DNA of 63,603 nucleotides, counting the filler, from Octopus bimaculoides (lineage: Eukaryota), in assembly GCF_001194135.2 (NCBI RefSeq). It is 5 parts of 4 records of this genome, joined end to end, with 100 filler letters (N's around TTAATTAATTAA, not from the genome) between each part and the next. Parts side by side here need not be neighbours in the genome. Positions count along the whole stretch, not along the records: positions 1 to 13,886 come from NC_068998.1; positions 13,987 to 41,927 come from NC_068981.1; 3 more parts are not named here. The stretch is one strand, 5' to 3'. Positions 12,227-23,044 of this stretch are shown piece by piece. The notes under the pieces are model-generated. The model was not told where the DNA came from. It saw only the letters and a program-made list of their open reading frames with translations, and ran no database searches. How positions within the stretch are numbered: the first letter of the stretch is position 1; each line of letters opens with the position of its first letter. A program made the position numbers and the translations under genes.

Positions 12227-12447
12227 GTTGTTGTTCAGGTCACTGCTTGGAATCGAACTCGGAATCTTGGGGTTAGTAGCCCACACTCTTAACCACTACG
12301 CCATAACTAACTATTGCAATACCACAACACAATGGCCCCTATCACACTGCAGCAAGTTCGAAATTTCCCCCAAGACACCTGAAGAAGGCTGGAGAGTATA
12401 TCAGCCGAAATGACAAGTATCCATTGAATGTAAATAATGTAAATAAT
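12016..12447. mobile_element. Palindromic dimer (copy 2): full monomer with A/B boxes plus inverted partial arm, in a CFAP298 intron
   Basis: Minus-strand A box TGGCGTAGTGG (12293-12303) and B box GAGTTCGATTCC (12249-12260); TSD GTTCCAATGGT at 12003-12013 and 12448-12458. Confidence 0.85.
12097..12142 (-). ncRNA. Hammerhead motif copy (core CTGAAGA; ACGT mutated to ACAT)
   Basis: GATAC-CTGAAGA-A-GGCTG...CAGCC-GAAA-CATT-GTGTT. Confidence 0.55.
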
Positions 12448-12825
12448 GTTCCAATGGTTTATGATTATAATAAGCAGAAGGCTCGATTTTGTAAGGAAGG
12501 AATAAGTTGATTACATTGACCCCAGTGTACCGCTGGTACTTATTTTATCAACCCCAAAAGGGATGAAAGGCAATGTCGCCCTCAGTAGAATATGAACTCG
12601 GCAACGGACAAAATACAGTCTGAACAGAAATTCCTTTTACATCTGAGTCACACCATTCAACAACCAACAAACTATTGCAAAACCACAATACAATGGGCTC
12701 TATCACACCACAGCAAGTACCAACACACCACCGCAGCAACCATCATCACCACTACAAAACAACAAGTCACCTCATCATTACAACCACCAACAAATTAGCA
12801 AAGTGATGAAAAACAAAACATTTAC

Positions 12826-12957
12826 CTTTTGTAATTTGGCAATAATTTTCGTCTTCTCATTATTGCCGATATAATCCTTCAGCTTTTTACCACGTAGCAA
12901 CTGTTTACCTGCCCACCAGAGGTCAGCATTATCAACTGGTATGACTTCCAGAGAAGC
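12826..12957 (-). CDS. CFAP298: CFAP298 coding exon (ASLEVIPVDNADLWWAGKQLLRGKKLKDYIGNNEKTKIIAKLQK)
   Basis: 132 nt, phase 0-0, acceptor tgtttcag|, donor AAG|gtaaat; matches recalled human AQLWWAAKELRRTKKLSDYVGKNEKTKIIAKIQ. Confidence 0.95.
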
Positions 12958-13059
12958 CTGAAACAGACAGTGGGAATGATACAGTAAACTATAATAAATA
13001 GAAACAAAACATGGAAAAACTTGTGGAAGTCTGTGCCAGCAAAAGTCTTTAGTAATGTT

Positions 13060-13185
13060 CACAATTACACTAGCGAATACTAGGAACCACAATTACACTA
13101 GGGAATACTAGGAACCACAATTACACTAGCGAATACTAGGAACCACAATTACACTAGCGAATACTAGGAACCACAATTACACTAG
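13060..13185. repeat. 28-bp minisatellite x4.5 (CACAATTACACTAGCGAATACTAGGAAC)
   Basis: Near-identical units, one substitution. Confidence 0.9.
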
Positions 13186-13257
13186 ATACCATAATCAGGA
13201 TAATGCCCTGCATTATTAGACACATTAACAAAATTAACTAAATTTAACAGATGGAAG

Positions 13258-13288
<31 letters not shown>

Positions 13289-13680
13289 GTTTAATGTCCA
13301 CTTTCCATGCTAGCATGGGTTGGATGATTTGACTGAGGACTGGCGAACCAGATGGCTGCACCAGGCTCCAATCTGATTTGGCAGAGTTTCTACAGCTGGA
13401 TGCCCTTCCTAACGCCAACCACTCAGAGAGTGTAGTGGGTGCTTTTACGTGTCACCGGCACGAGGGCCAGTCAGGTGGTACTGGCAACGGCCACGCTCAA
13501 AATGGTGCTTTTTACGTGCTGCCTGCACAGGAGGTCAGTCCAGCAGCACTGGCAAATGACCTCGCTCGAATATTTTCTCACGTGCCACCAGCACAAGTGC
13601 CAGTAAGGCAACGCTGGTAACGATCACGCTCAAATGGTGCTATTTACATGCTACCGGCACGGAAACCAGACAGCTGGTCA
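13258..13680 (-). mobile_element. RTE-type 3' UTR with (GAT)n tail and internal ~60-bp duplications; related copy at 6650-6880
   Basis: Same tail as 11030 element in reverse (catcatcat...ctttccatgctagcatgggttgg...gatgcccttcctaacgccaacc). Confidence 0.65.
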
Positions 13681-13822
13681 TGATCAGAAAATCTAACAAA
13701 CAGAACATGCTAGCATAAACAACAAGATGGTGACGTAAGAGGACGACGACGTGACGACAAGGCAGCAAAGTTAACAAATGTATAAATTACACAGAAATAT
13801 TGGTAAACCCATGTGATCCTAC

Positions 13823-13886
13823 CTGGGTGCCTTCAAGTTGTTCTTTATTTTCCAGTTCCATTCTGATAGGGTCATGCGGCGGTAAC
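13823..13886 (-). CDS. CFAP298: CFAP298 internal coding exon, 3' part only (LPPHDPIRMELENKEQLEGTQ); 5' part lost in the assembly gap
   Basis: Translation matches recalled human C21orf59 LPPYDPIRMEFENKEDLSGTQ; ends at phase-0 donor CAG|GTAGGA; runs directly into N-gap at 13887. Confidence 0.9.
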
Positions 13887-13930
13887 NNNNNNNNNNNNNN
13901 NNNNNNNNNNNNNNNNNNNNNNNNNNNNNN

Positions 13931-13942
13931 TTAATTAATTAA
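13931..13942. other. Assembly gap spacer TTAATTAATTAA (also 41972-41983, 57011-57022, 61721-61732)
   Basis: Identical 12-mer centred in 100-nt N blocks four times. Confidence 0.95.
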
Positions 13943-14531
13943 NNNNNNNNNNNNNNNNNNNNNNNNNNNNNNNNNNNNNNNNNNNNCAGACACGTGTACC
14001 CTTAACGTAGTTCTCGGGGATATTCAGCGTGACACAGTGTGACAAGGCTGACCCTTTGAATTACAGGCACAACAGAAACAGGAAGTAAGAATGAGAGAAA
14101 GTTGTGGTGAAAGAGTACAGCAGGGTTCGCCAACATCCCCTGCCGGAGCCTCGTGGAGCTTTTAGGTGTTTTCGCTCAATAAACACTCACAACGTCCGGT
14201 CTGGGAATCGATCCTATGACCGCGAGTCCGCTGCCCTAACCACTGGGCCATTGCGCCTCCACCCACTCGTATATACGTATATGATAATGAGCTAAGAGAA
14301 ATTATTAAGAACGAAATGGTATTTGAGAACAACTCCATTTAATAGGAGGATATTATCTCAAGAATCAAGCAAATCTCTATAGATGACATGCAATTAAGGA
14401 CGTAAAAGGCTTATTGTTTGGGGATAAGAGGTCAGCCGTGGATACGTGTTTCTGCCTCAGTAGGCATCTTCAGTGCGATAATTGTCCTACTCTGTCTCGA
14501 GCAGTCAAGTAATTTAAACATATTCATAAGT

Positions 14532-14712
14532 ACAGTTCTATATTTAAGAGATGAAGAATTATGTACATTAGTTACATTAGACGGATATTTGTCCTTATCT
14601 TGTTTGTTGTTAACACAACGTTTCGACTGATATACCCTCCAGCCTTCATCAGGTGTCTTGCGGAAATTTCGAACCTGGGTTCTCATTCCTAAGGTATTTT
14701 TCGATGTTGTTG

Positions 14713-14760
<48 letters not shown>

Positions 14761-14857
14761 CCTGGAATCGAACTCGGAATCTTGGGGTTAGTAACCCGCG
14801 CTCTTAACCAAAAGATTCCGAGTTCGATTCCAGGCAGTGACCTGAATAATAATAATG

Positions 14858-14888
<31 letters not shown>

Positions 14889-15057
14889 TAATAACAACAA
14901 CAACAACATCGAAAAATACCTTAAGAATGAGAACCCAGGTTTGGAATTTCCCCAAGACACCCAATGAAGGCTAGAGGGTATATCAGCCGAAACGTTGTGT
15001 TAACAACAAACAAGATAAGGACAAATATCCGTGAAATGTAAATAATGTAAATAATGT
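14532..15057. mobile_element. Palindromic dimer (copy 3)
   Basis: Inverted arms meeting at 14786-14809; TSD ATATTCA(T/A)AAGT at 14520-14531 and 15058-15069. Confidence 0.85.
14612..14657 (-). ncRNA. Minimal type I hammerhead ribozyme motif (Penelope-type), best-preserved copy
   Basis: GACAC-CTGATGA-A-GGCTG-loop-CAGTC-GAAA-CG-TT-GTGTT: stem I, core, stem II, palindromic ACGT stem III, GUU site. One extra A after the core; activity untested. Confidence 0.7.
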
Positions 15058-16764
15058 ATATTCAAAAGTGATTAAAAATAAGCAAAGAACATGTAGAACA
15101 CATCTATGTCCAAGGTCATTTGCTTAAATTAAATAAAAATGAACTAAGTGAAATAACTCAGAGTGGCCAATAAGAACAAAATAGAGAAATATAAATATAT
15201 CAAACATATTAAATTCTTGATTTATTAAAACTATTTCTGTCTCTAGCTGATTTGTCACCATTACCAAATAACAACTGAAAACATCTCCGTAAGAGAAAAA
15301 ATACAGTTGTTTATTCTCTTTAATCTTTTACCTTTTATTTGTTTGAGTCATTGGACTGCGGCCGCGCTAGGGTAACTTTTTGAAGGGTTTTGCCAAGCAA
15401 TTTAATCCCTAGGCTTAATTTAAAGTTTGGTACCTATTCTATCAGACTCTTTTGTCAAATTCACTTACAAGGCTTTTGTTATTTCGTAGCTATAGTTGAA
15501 GACACTTGCCCAAAGTGCCGCTTTGTGGGAGTGAACCCCAAACCACGATGTTCAAAAACAAAAATCTTCTTCGTCTCGAATTTCCTAATAACTTATTAAA
15601 ACCAATTCATTGAAAATATCCCAATGGCTTTTAAATGAAAAGTAATAAAATGTGTTTTGTTATTCCTTCTGGCTCTCTACTTTGAATTGAAATCACGTTG
15701 AGATCAATTTTGCCTTTTATTCTTTCAGGTCGATAAATAAAGTTCTAGTTAAGCATTAGGATCGATTCAAACGTCCACCCTTGTCACAAAGTGTCAAGCA
15801 GACTCGAACTGATAGTTACGTTAAAATGTTCACATGTCTGTGGGAACACTCACTCATTTACATATAAATTTTACGAACAGGAACTCGTTGGATCGAACAA
15901 CTCAATGTTCATCATGACAACTGACTGAGAATCCACCCACCATACGAAAATATAAGGATAATTACATTTTTAAAAATCGATTTTAATTTGAAAGTATTTG
16001 AAACAAAAAATCAGTTCGTAGAGGTTAGGTCTGTTATAGTCATAATTAGGTGCCATGGAACTGTACCTACATCTGAATCTGAGCAATAATTTACAGATTT
16101 TAACTTAATGTAATTCTAAATTACCGTTAATTATTGAACTAACTTTTTATTTCGAAATATCTAAAATGTATTTTATACATAATTAATTTCATATATCATT
16201 TATATGTTCAACTGTTAATTTGTATAAGAAATAGATCTTCACCTTAAATAATTGTTTGCATTATGGTTGTCAAAGCATGTATGAGTTACTTCCCTTGCAA
16301 GAAATATCTCATAGAAGTAATGTCCCTTGAAATTCAAAACTCGCTGATTCTTTTTAATTTAAAATTTTTATTAAAAACATGTTTACATGACAAAATGTTC
16401 ATCCGCTGATCAGTAAATAGGAACATTTCTAGAATCACAGATGAAATAACTCCGAAATGGAATGTGCTATCATTGTTTTCATTATGTTTAAGAGCTTAAC
16501 TTCTGCTCCATCTGACTTTAAAATAATAGTTTAAAATTTTGGCAGAATGCCAGAAATCTTGCGGGAGAGATATAAGTCGATTATATCGACTCCAGTACTA
16601 AACTGGTACTTATTTCATCGACCCCAGAAGGATAAAAGCCAAAGTTAACTTAGGTGGAATTTGAACTCAGAACATGAAGACGAGCAAAATACTACTAGGC
16701 CACTTAATCCGGCGTACTAAGGACTCTGCCAGCCCGTTGCTTTACTATTACTACTACCACCACC

Positions 16765-16831
<67 letters not shown>

Positions 16832-18317
16832 TAGGCACAAAGCCTAAAATTTTTAGGGAGGAGGCTAGTTGATTACACCGACTCCAGTGCGTAACACAAC
16901 CCCGAAATGATAAAAGGCAAATTCGACTTCGGCGGAACCTGAACTCAGAACGTAAGGGACAAAATGCTGCTAAGCATTTTGCCCGTAATCCGACAAATAT
17001 TAAGAGGGCTGTATACAGCTAGTTTTATCAGTCGTATTCCTTCATTCCGCAGCTGCTGAAAGTAATTGGTAATGAAACAATGGCTGTCTATTTGCCTCGG
17101 GGCCATTCTCGTGTGACGAACGTGAAAATTGGAGACAAATTATGAAACATTGAAGTTGTAATATGGCGGCAAGCTGGCAGAAACGTTAGCACACAAAGTG
17201 AAATGCTTAGCGGTATGTTCTGAGTTCAAATTCCGCCGAGGTCGACTTTGCCTTTCATCCTTTCGGTGTCGATACATTCAGTACCAGTTGCGTACTGGGT
17301 CGATCTAATCAACTGGTCCCCTCCCCAAACATTTCGGGCCTTGTGTCTAGAGTAGAAAAAATATTTAAATTGTAATACTTGAACATTTACAAGAATTTTA
17401 TTTATCCATCTTTTACATTAAAATTTTGTTTACCTTGGGAAGAATTAAACAAATTTTTTTCTTTTTTTTTACCTGGGATTTATCTTGAAGAAGATCCGAG
17501 AAACATTTTCCCCCCTGAAAATATTAACTGCTAATTCATCTGGATTTCTCCAGAGCTGCATAAAAGGTCTCATGCTGTTTATGTGCATGGAGCTTGAAAT
17601 TTCAAAAAGTGTTATGTTAATGAGTTTGCTGGACAACAATGTCTGGTCACAATTCTCAATTACCAGGTGTGACGTGCGTTACAAAACAATAAATATGATA
17701 TACGCGAGAAAAAGTTTCATGTTCACGTCAACACTGAATAGATTTAGAAGAAATTGTCCCAATGTCAATATCGAAAATGTAACATTTCAACATACATTTA
17801 CATGTATACAGTGTCATTTCTGGTTATTCTAAAACATTTTCAAAGCTATTTTGGTTCAACTTTCATGACAACGGCCGTCAACAAGACGCTTTTTGCGGAT
17901 ATACCATATGTAACTATAGTTTGGAATACGATTTATTGAAACTCTTTGCACGTCCTTGTTTGGTCATGCTTGATGATGAACTGTAACGCTCACTTGATTT
18001 TCCGTTGTAGAATATTTTAGATATACCCAAATGTTTATTCCCTTAAACAACTTACTGTTGACTGTCGTACTGCAAGGCGCAAACACAGCGACCCAACCCC
18101 CATGCAATGCTTTTTAACTTCATTAACGTTCCTGATGTATTGGTAAAGTCCTATCAATTAGTTTTCTTCAAATTTACAAGTCTAGCCCCGATCAAGCAGA
18201 CCTATGGTGAAATATGTATTACTCGTATCTGTATTGACAAGAGGGCATATATATGATTGACCGTTGACTGAACACTATTCAATTTTTTTTCTCCGTGTTT
18301 TTTCCTTGTCTCCGTAT

Positions 18318-18354
18318 TCTTTCTGTTGAAGAGCGTAGCTCGAAACGTCAAAGA
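18318..18354 (+). ncRNA. Second, unrelated minimal hammerhead-like motif in a Penelope-like tail
   Basis: TCTTT-CTGTTGA-A-GAGC-gta-GCTC-GAAA-CG-TC-AAAGA: stems I and II pair perfectly, GUC site; core deviates (CUGUUGA). Confidence 0.5.
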
Positions 18355-19840
18355 CTTTCCGTATTCCCGAGCGTCATACTAATATATACTTTTGTTATTT
18401 ACACCACCTGTCCTCGTCTGTTGTTATTTTTTGTATATTCTCCCACATATATATATATATATATATATANNNNNNNNNNNNNNNNNNNNNNNNNNNNNNN
18501 NNNNNNNNNNNNNNNNNNNNNNNNNNNNNNNNNNNNNNNNNNNNNNNNNNNNNNNNNNNNNNNNNNNNNNNNNNNNNNNNNNNNNNNNNNNNNNNNNNNN
18601 NNNNNNNNNNNNNNNNNNNNNNNNNNNNNNNNNNNNNNNNNNNNNNNNNNNNNNNNNNNNNNNNNNNNNNNNNNNNNNNNNNNNNNNNNNNNNNNNNNNN
18701 NNNNNNNNNNNNNNNNNNNNNNNNNNNNNNNNNNNNNNNNNNNNNNNNNNNNNNNNNNNNNNNNNNNNNNNNNNNNNNNNNNNNNNNNNNNNNNNNNNNN
18801 NNNNNNNNNNNNNNNNNNNNNNNNNNNNNNNNNNNNNNNNNNNNNNNNNNNNNNNNNNNNNNNNNNNNNNNNNNNNNNNNNNNNNNNNNNNNNNNNNNNN
18901 NNNNNNNNNNNNNNNNNNNNNNNNNNNNNNNNNNNNNNNNNNNNNNNNNNNNNNNNNNNNNNNNNNNNNNNNNNNNNNNNNNNNNNNNNNNNNNNNNNNN
19001 NNNNNNNNNNNNNNNNNNNNNNNNNNNNNNNNNNNNNNNNNNNNNNNNNNNNNCTAATATATCTTATTTTAACAGCAAAGGGAAATAACCTATTCATTTT
19101 CCTATATTATTTGGTATAAATCAAATTGACTATGCTTATTTCTTAGTATTTGAACTATTAGAGTTATTTTCGCAATTTATCCAGTACAAACGTTAAACAA
19201 GTAAATAGTATTTTCTTAAACAATAGATCCACTTATTTCGGTTAGTGACTTATTCACAAATATACCATGAATGACGATGCCTTTCATGTCACTTCAGCCA
19301 ATTGACAAGCGCTTCAGGAAGAACTCTTTTGCTTTTAGACAAATGCACTGTCAACACAAAGGTCACAGCCTGTTTACATGTAGGAACACCTTCTTAAAAT
19401 CTATCTGTACATCTTGAAAATGGCCAGCGTGTATATTTCACAGAAGACAATGCTCGAAACGTAGTTCTGAATCTATGAGAGACCACTTTGACAGCTTTCT
19501 TCAAATTATGCTCGAACACTGTTGTATGTAGAGTTCCCCGTGTACCATGACCTAGGCACACAATAGATGGAACAGACGCAAGCAAGGAACACGCATTCAG
19601 GGCTGGGAAGAAGATGCTGTCTTCAGAAGTGGGGCAATAGGGCGGGTGTACAGTGTGCACCCTAATCAGCAGGAGTGCTTCTTTCTGCATCTACTACTAC
19701 ACACTGTCAGAGGTCCTACATCATTCACAGACTTTCGAAGACACAATGGGGAGCCTGTACAATCTATAGAGAAGCCTGCGCCAAACATGGACTACTTAAG
19801 GACGATGCCCACTGGGACCAGACACTGGAGGAGGCAGCTG

Positions 19841-20507
19841 GGATCTATTTCAAAACGGGGGCACCAGTTTTCATTTATGTTTTATGTAGTGTTTTTGGTA
19901 CCGAAAGACTTTCAAACTTCGTATACTTATCTATCTTGTGTTATAGAACAGAAAGCAATTTTTGTATTCGAATTTATTTCATGTAAAAAATTGTCTTATT
20001 TCAATAATTTCTACTAATCACTGACGTCTATTCAGTTGAAAACAGTTAGCGCTGTAACGGTGTATATTGTATTAATCCCCTAACCCTAACCCTAACCCTA
20101 ACTAGACTGTTAACCCTAACCCTAACCCTAACCCTAAAACTAACCCTAACTCTAGAATCCGAACTCTAAAATTGTTACACACATAGATACGCACAGCGTA
20201 ATTTATTATATAAACAATATATGCGTATAAATTACGATTAAACCGGATGAAATATGTCACAGGGAATAACATTTTTATGACCGCCCAGCAGTAACTCTAT
20301 TCAGCTGAATAGACGTCAGTGATTGGTTGAAATTACAGAAATACGACAACTTTAACATGAAATAACTTGCGATGTACGTTTTTTTGTTAAGAAGACTAAG
20401 AGTAAAAGATGTTTTATATGACACATTCTACCAGTGTCCCAAGTTTCAAAGTGTTTCGTTAGTGTTTCGTTAAGAAAATACTGGTGCCCCCGTTTTGAAA
20501 TAGATCC
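19841..20507. mobile_element. Merlin-like MITE carrying (CCCTAA)n
   Basis: Perfect 27-bp TIR GGATCTATTTCAAAACGGGGGCACCAG; 8-bp TSD GGCAGCTG at 19833-19840 and 20508-20515; inner IR near 20016-20040 and 20300-20325. Confidence 0.85.
20078..20149 (+). repeat. Interstitial telomere-type (CCCTAA)n, about 9 perfect hexamers in two runs
   Basis: Direct reading of the sequence. Confidence 0.9.
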
Positions 20508-20979
20508 GGCAGCTGTTAGTACAGCACTAAGTCAACTGCGCCAGCTATTTCCTATCATGTTGATGATATGTGGCTTGCGTGAACCTCAGAAACTTTAGGT
20601 GATCCACAAAACCAGTATAGCAGAAGACATCTAGAAAGGATTCAAAGGTAAGCCTCAGCGGAAATTTCCACATTCAATAACGCTATTTACAATGCGGCAT
20701 TACTTGACCTGGACACTCGAGTGCAAGCTATGGCAGGTCAAAGCAATTCCACATTTGGTTATTACATAACTGAATTCACAATTTGCGTATTCATAATTTA
20801 TTGGGAATTTCTAAAAACAAGATCCTGTTTAAGACAGTTCGGTATTCTCTGTAAATGGACAAAATCCGTTTTAAGGACCACATACTTTGTATTGTTGTTA
20901 TTGGATTAGTAAAACAGTTATGAGAACGGAACCAAGGGATAAGCCCTGCTATTCCGGGAATCACCGGGCACGTCAGCTA

Positions 20980-21036
<57 letters not shown>

Positions 21037-22329
21037 TAAACACATACAATCATACTTATATGTACGCACACACACATATATACTCATACGCATACATATG
21101 TACATATACATATTTGTATATCATGTATATACGTATATCATACATATATCATCTATATATACTCGCATATATACATACATACATACATAAATTTATATAC
21201 ATGCATAGATACATATATATATATATATAGATAAATACACACACACTCACACATACACATATGTAAGAGAAAAACGAGAAACTTGATCGCCATACCTTTT
21301 CAAGCAACGTTAAAAATAAAGTAAAACATTCAATTCTGTGTCTTTTGACCAGAATGTAGCAGTACTTCCTCTTCTCAATGTGTATATTTTATCATATGAA
21401 AATCTATATTGGGGTGAACGTATTGCTGGGTTAAATCATATTTAACTTAGTTCGTAATCCACTTTCAATTTTGAGCTAAAACATCTTTCTTCTGACGCCA
21501 CTAATAATTTTAAGACAAGCAGTAATGTCACATTATATTATTAATCATTTAATATAAATACAAATTTTCTTAAGTTATGTCAATAAAACTCGTAACACTA
21601 TAGTCCAGAAAAATCTGTTGAGCGTATAGTCATTTGCAATAATTATTAATGACTTGTATAATAAAATGGTTTCCAATAACAAAGTAAATACTAATGTATC
21701 GGATTTGATAAGTGCTTTAATTATTGGTATGACATTAATGGCCCTGCCTCTGTTTCTTTTAGATTAGATTATTAAGATGGTGGCACCGAAACAACTTGTA
21801 TCTTCTCTAATAATAGTCATTAAGCACACACACACACACACACACACACTGAGCCTATCTGTCTGTCTTTTTGTCCCTCCGTCACACATTCGTACACACT
21901 ATACATACATAAAGGTATGTATGTATGTATGTATTTATCTAGCGATCTATACATACATACATACATACATACACGCACTCATGCAGCACGTATACCACTC
22001 CCCCCACACAAGCCCATAATGGAAGCTGATGTCGCTAAAGATTCTCACAGTATTACCTACACAGCGAGGCGCCACCAACATCCTTCCAACCATGCAAATC
22101 GAGAAATACAGATTGAGATTTCTATGTGATGTCGCTGATGTTTCAATACCATTATCAACAGCGCCATATGACTCGACTTGACCAATAGTAGCCCAATCTC
22201 CAGTAACAAATCTTGAACTTCCTCTATGTCTGCATTCGGTTGCCTAAACCAACGAGATAAGATCGTTTGGTGAGGCTACGAAACTTCATGTTGCATTGGG
22301 ACGTATCAAACTGATATTAAGTAATCATA

Positions 22330-23015
22330 TTAACAACAACAACAGTAACAATAATAATGATTTCCTTTATTTGCCACCAGCACGGAGGATGAGGGGAACA
22401 ATACAAAGACAGACACAAAGCGTTGGGGTTTACATATAATGAAATGAATAAATAAATAACAAAAGAAAAAGTAAGTATACACAGTATACAATGAAAAGGA
22501 AGGGAAATATACATAATATACAAAAGTAAAAAAAAAATGTTGGTGGGGAATGATAGTGATGTAATCCTCCTGATACAGGATGACCTCTAAGGGTAATTGA
22601 GAAACCCCACCGTCCAAGATCTCCCTGAACACCCAGGGCAAGTGCTCTCTCCTATTCCCTTAGAGAGGTACCATCCACTCTTGCCATTTTCGCAATTTTC
22701 ACCCACCTTTCAGTAAACTCACTCGAGGACAGCATTCCCCTCTCGACCCTCAATTTCGTTTTTAAGTGTTACTTAAGAATGTCCATGAGACCTCTACCTC
22801 AGGGGAATGTATCTGTCCTCATGCCTTTCACCTTCGTCCACCAGACAACGGCTTTCGCTAGTCACTAAGCAAAGGAAAACTGCCTTGCTTGCCAGATTAA
22901 AGGAGGGCAGCGGGACAGTCATTACTATGGACTCGGCCGATAGACAGATCCGTATTTATGCAATACCTAATGAACCAAGGGGACAGTGAAGCGCTTAAGC
23001 TCTCAAAATGCACCG
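22330..23015 (-). mobile_element. Tx1/L1-like LINE 3' fragment
   Basis: AVFLCLV..AKAVVWWTKVKG...HLKTKLRVER...FTERWVKIAKMARV, AATAAA and (ATT/GTT)n tail. Confidence 0.65.
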
Positions 23016-23044
23016 CAAATTTCATTTAGTATCTCTTCAATGGG

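Larger units (their letters stand above)
19055..20980 (+). mobile_element. Internally deleted Helitron (Rep-helicase linker remnant), interrupted by a MITE
   Basis: VHLENGQRVYF, GRVYSVHPNQQECFFLHLLLHTVRGPTSF, YREACAKHGLLKDDAHWDQTLEEA, resuming after the MITE (QLRQLF...); hairpin plus CTAG|T at 20977-20981. 5' limit uncertain (gap). Confidence 0.85.

Noticed and set aside
12240-12304. tRNA genes at SINE and element heads (also 46162-46235, 47345-47415)
   Set aside because: A and B boxes are present but there is no complete cloverleaf or acceptor stem, and they run into repeat bodies.
14649-14967. Mirror-image ORFs MSWGN.../MSCGN... on both strands (also 8154-8435, 53876-54204)
   Set aside because: By-product of the palindromic element and its (AAT)n tract; no protein signature.
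20078-20149. True telomere or chromosome-fusion site
   Set aside because: Short, interrupted and enclosed by MITE TIRs with a TSD.
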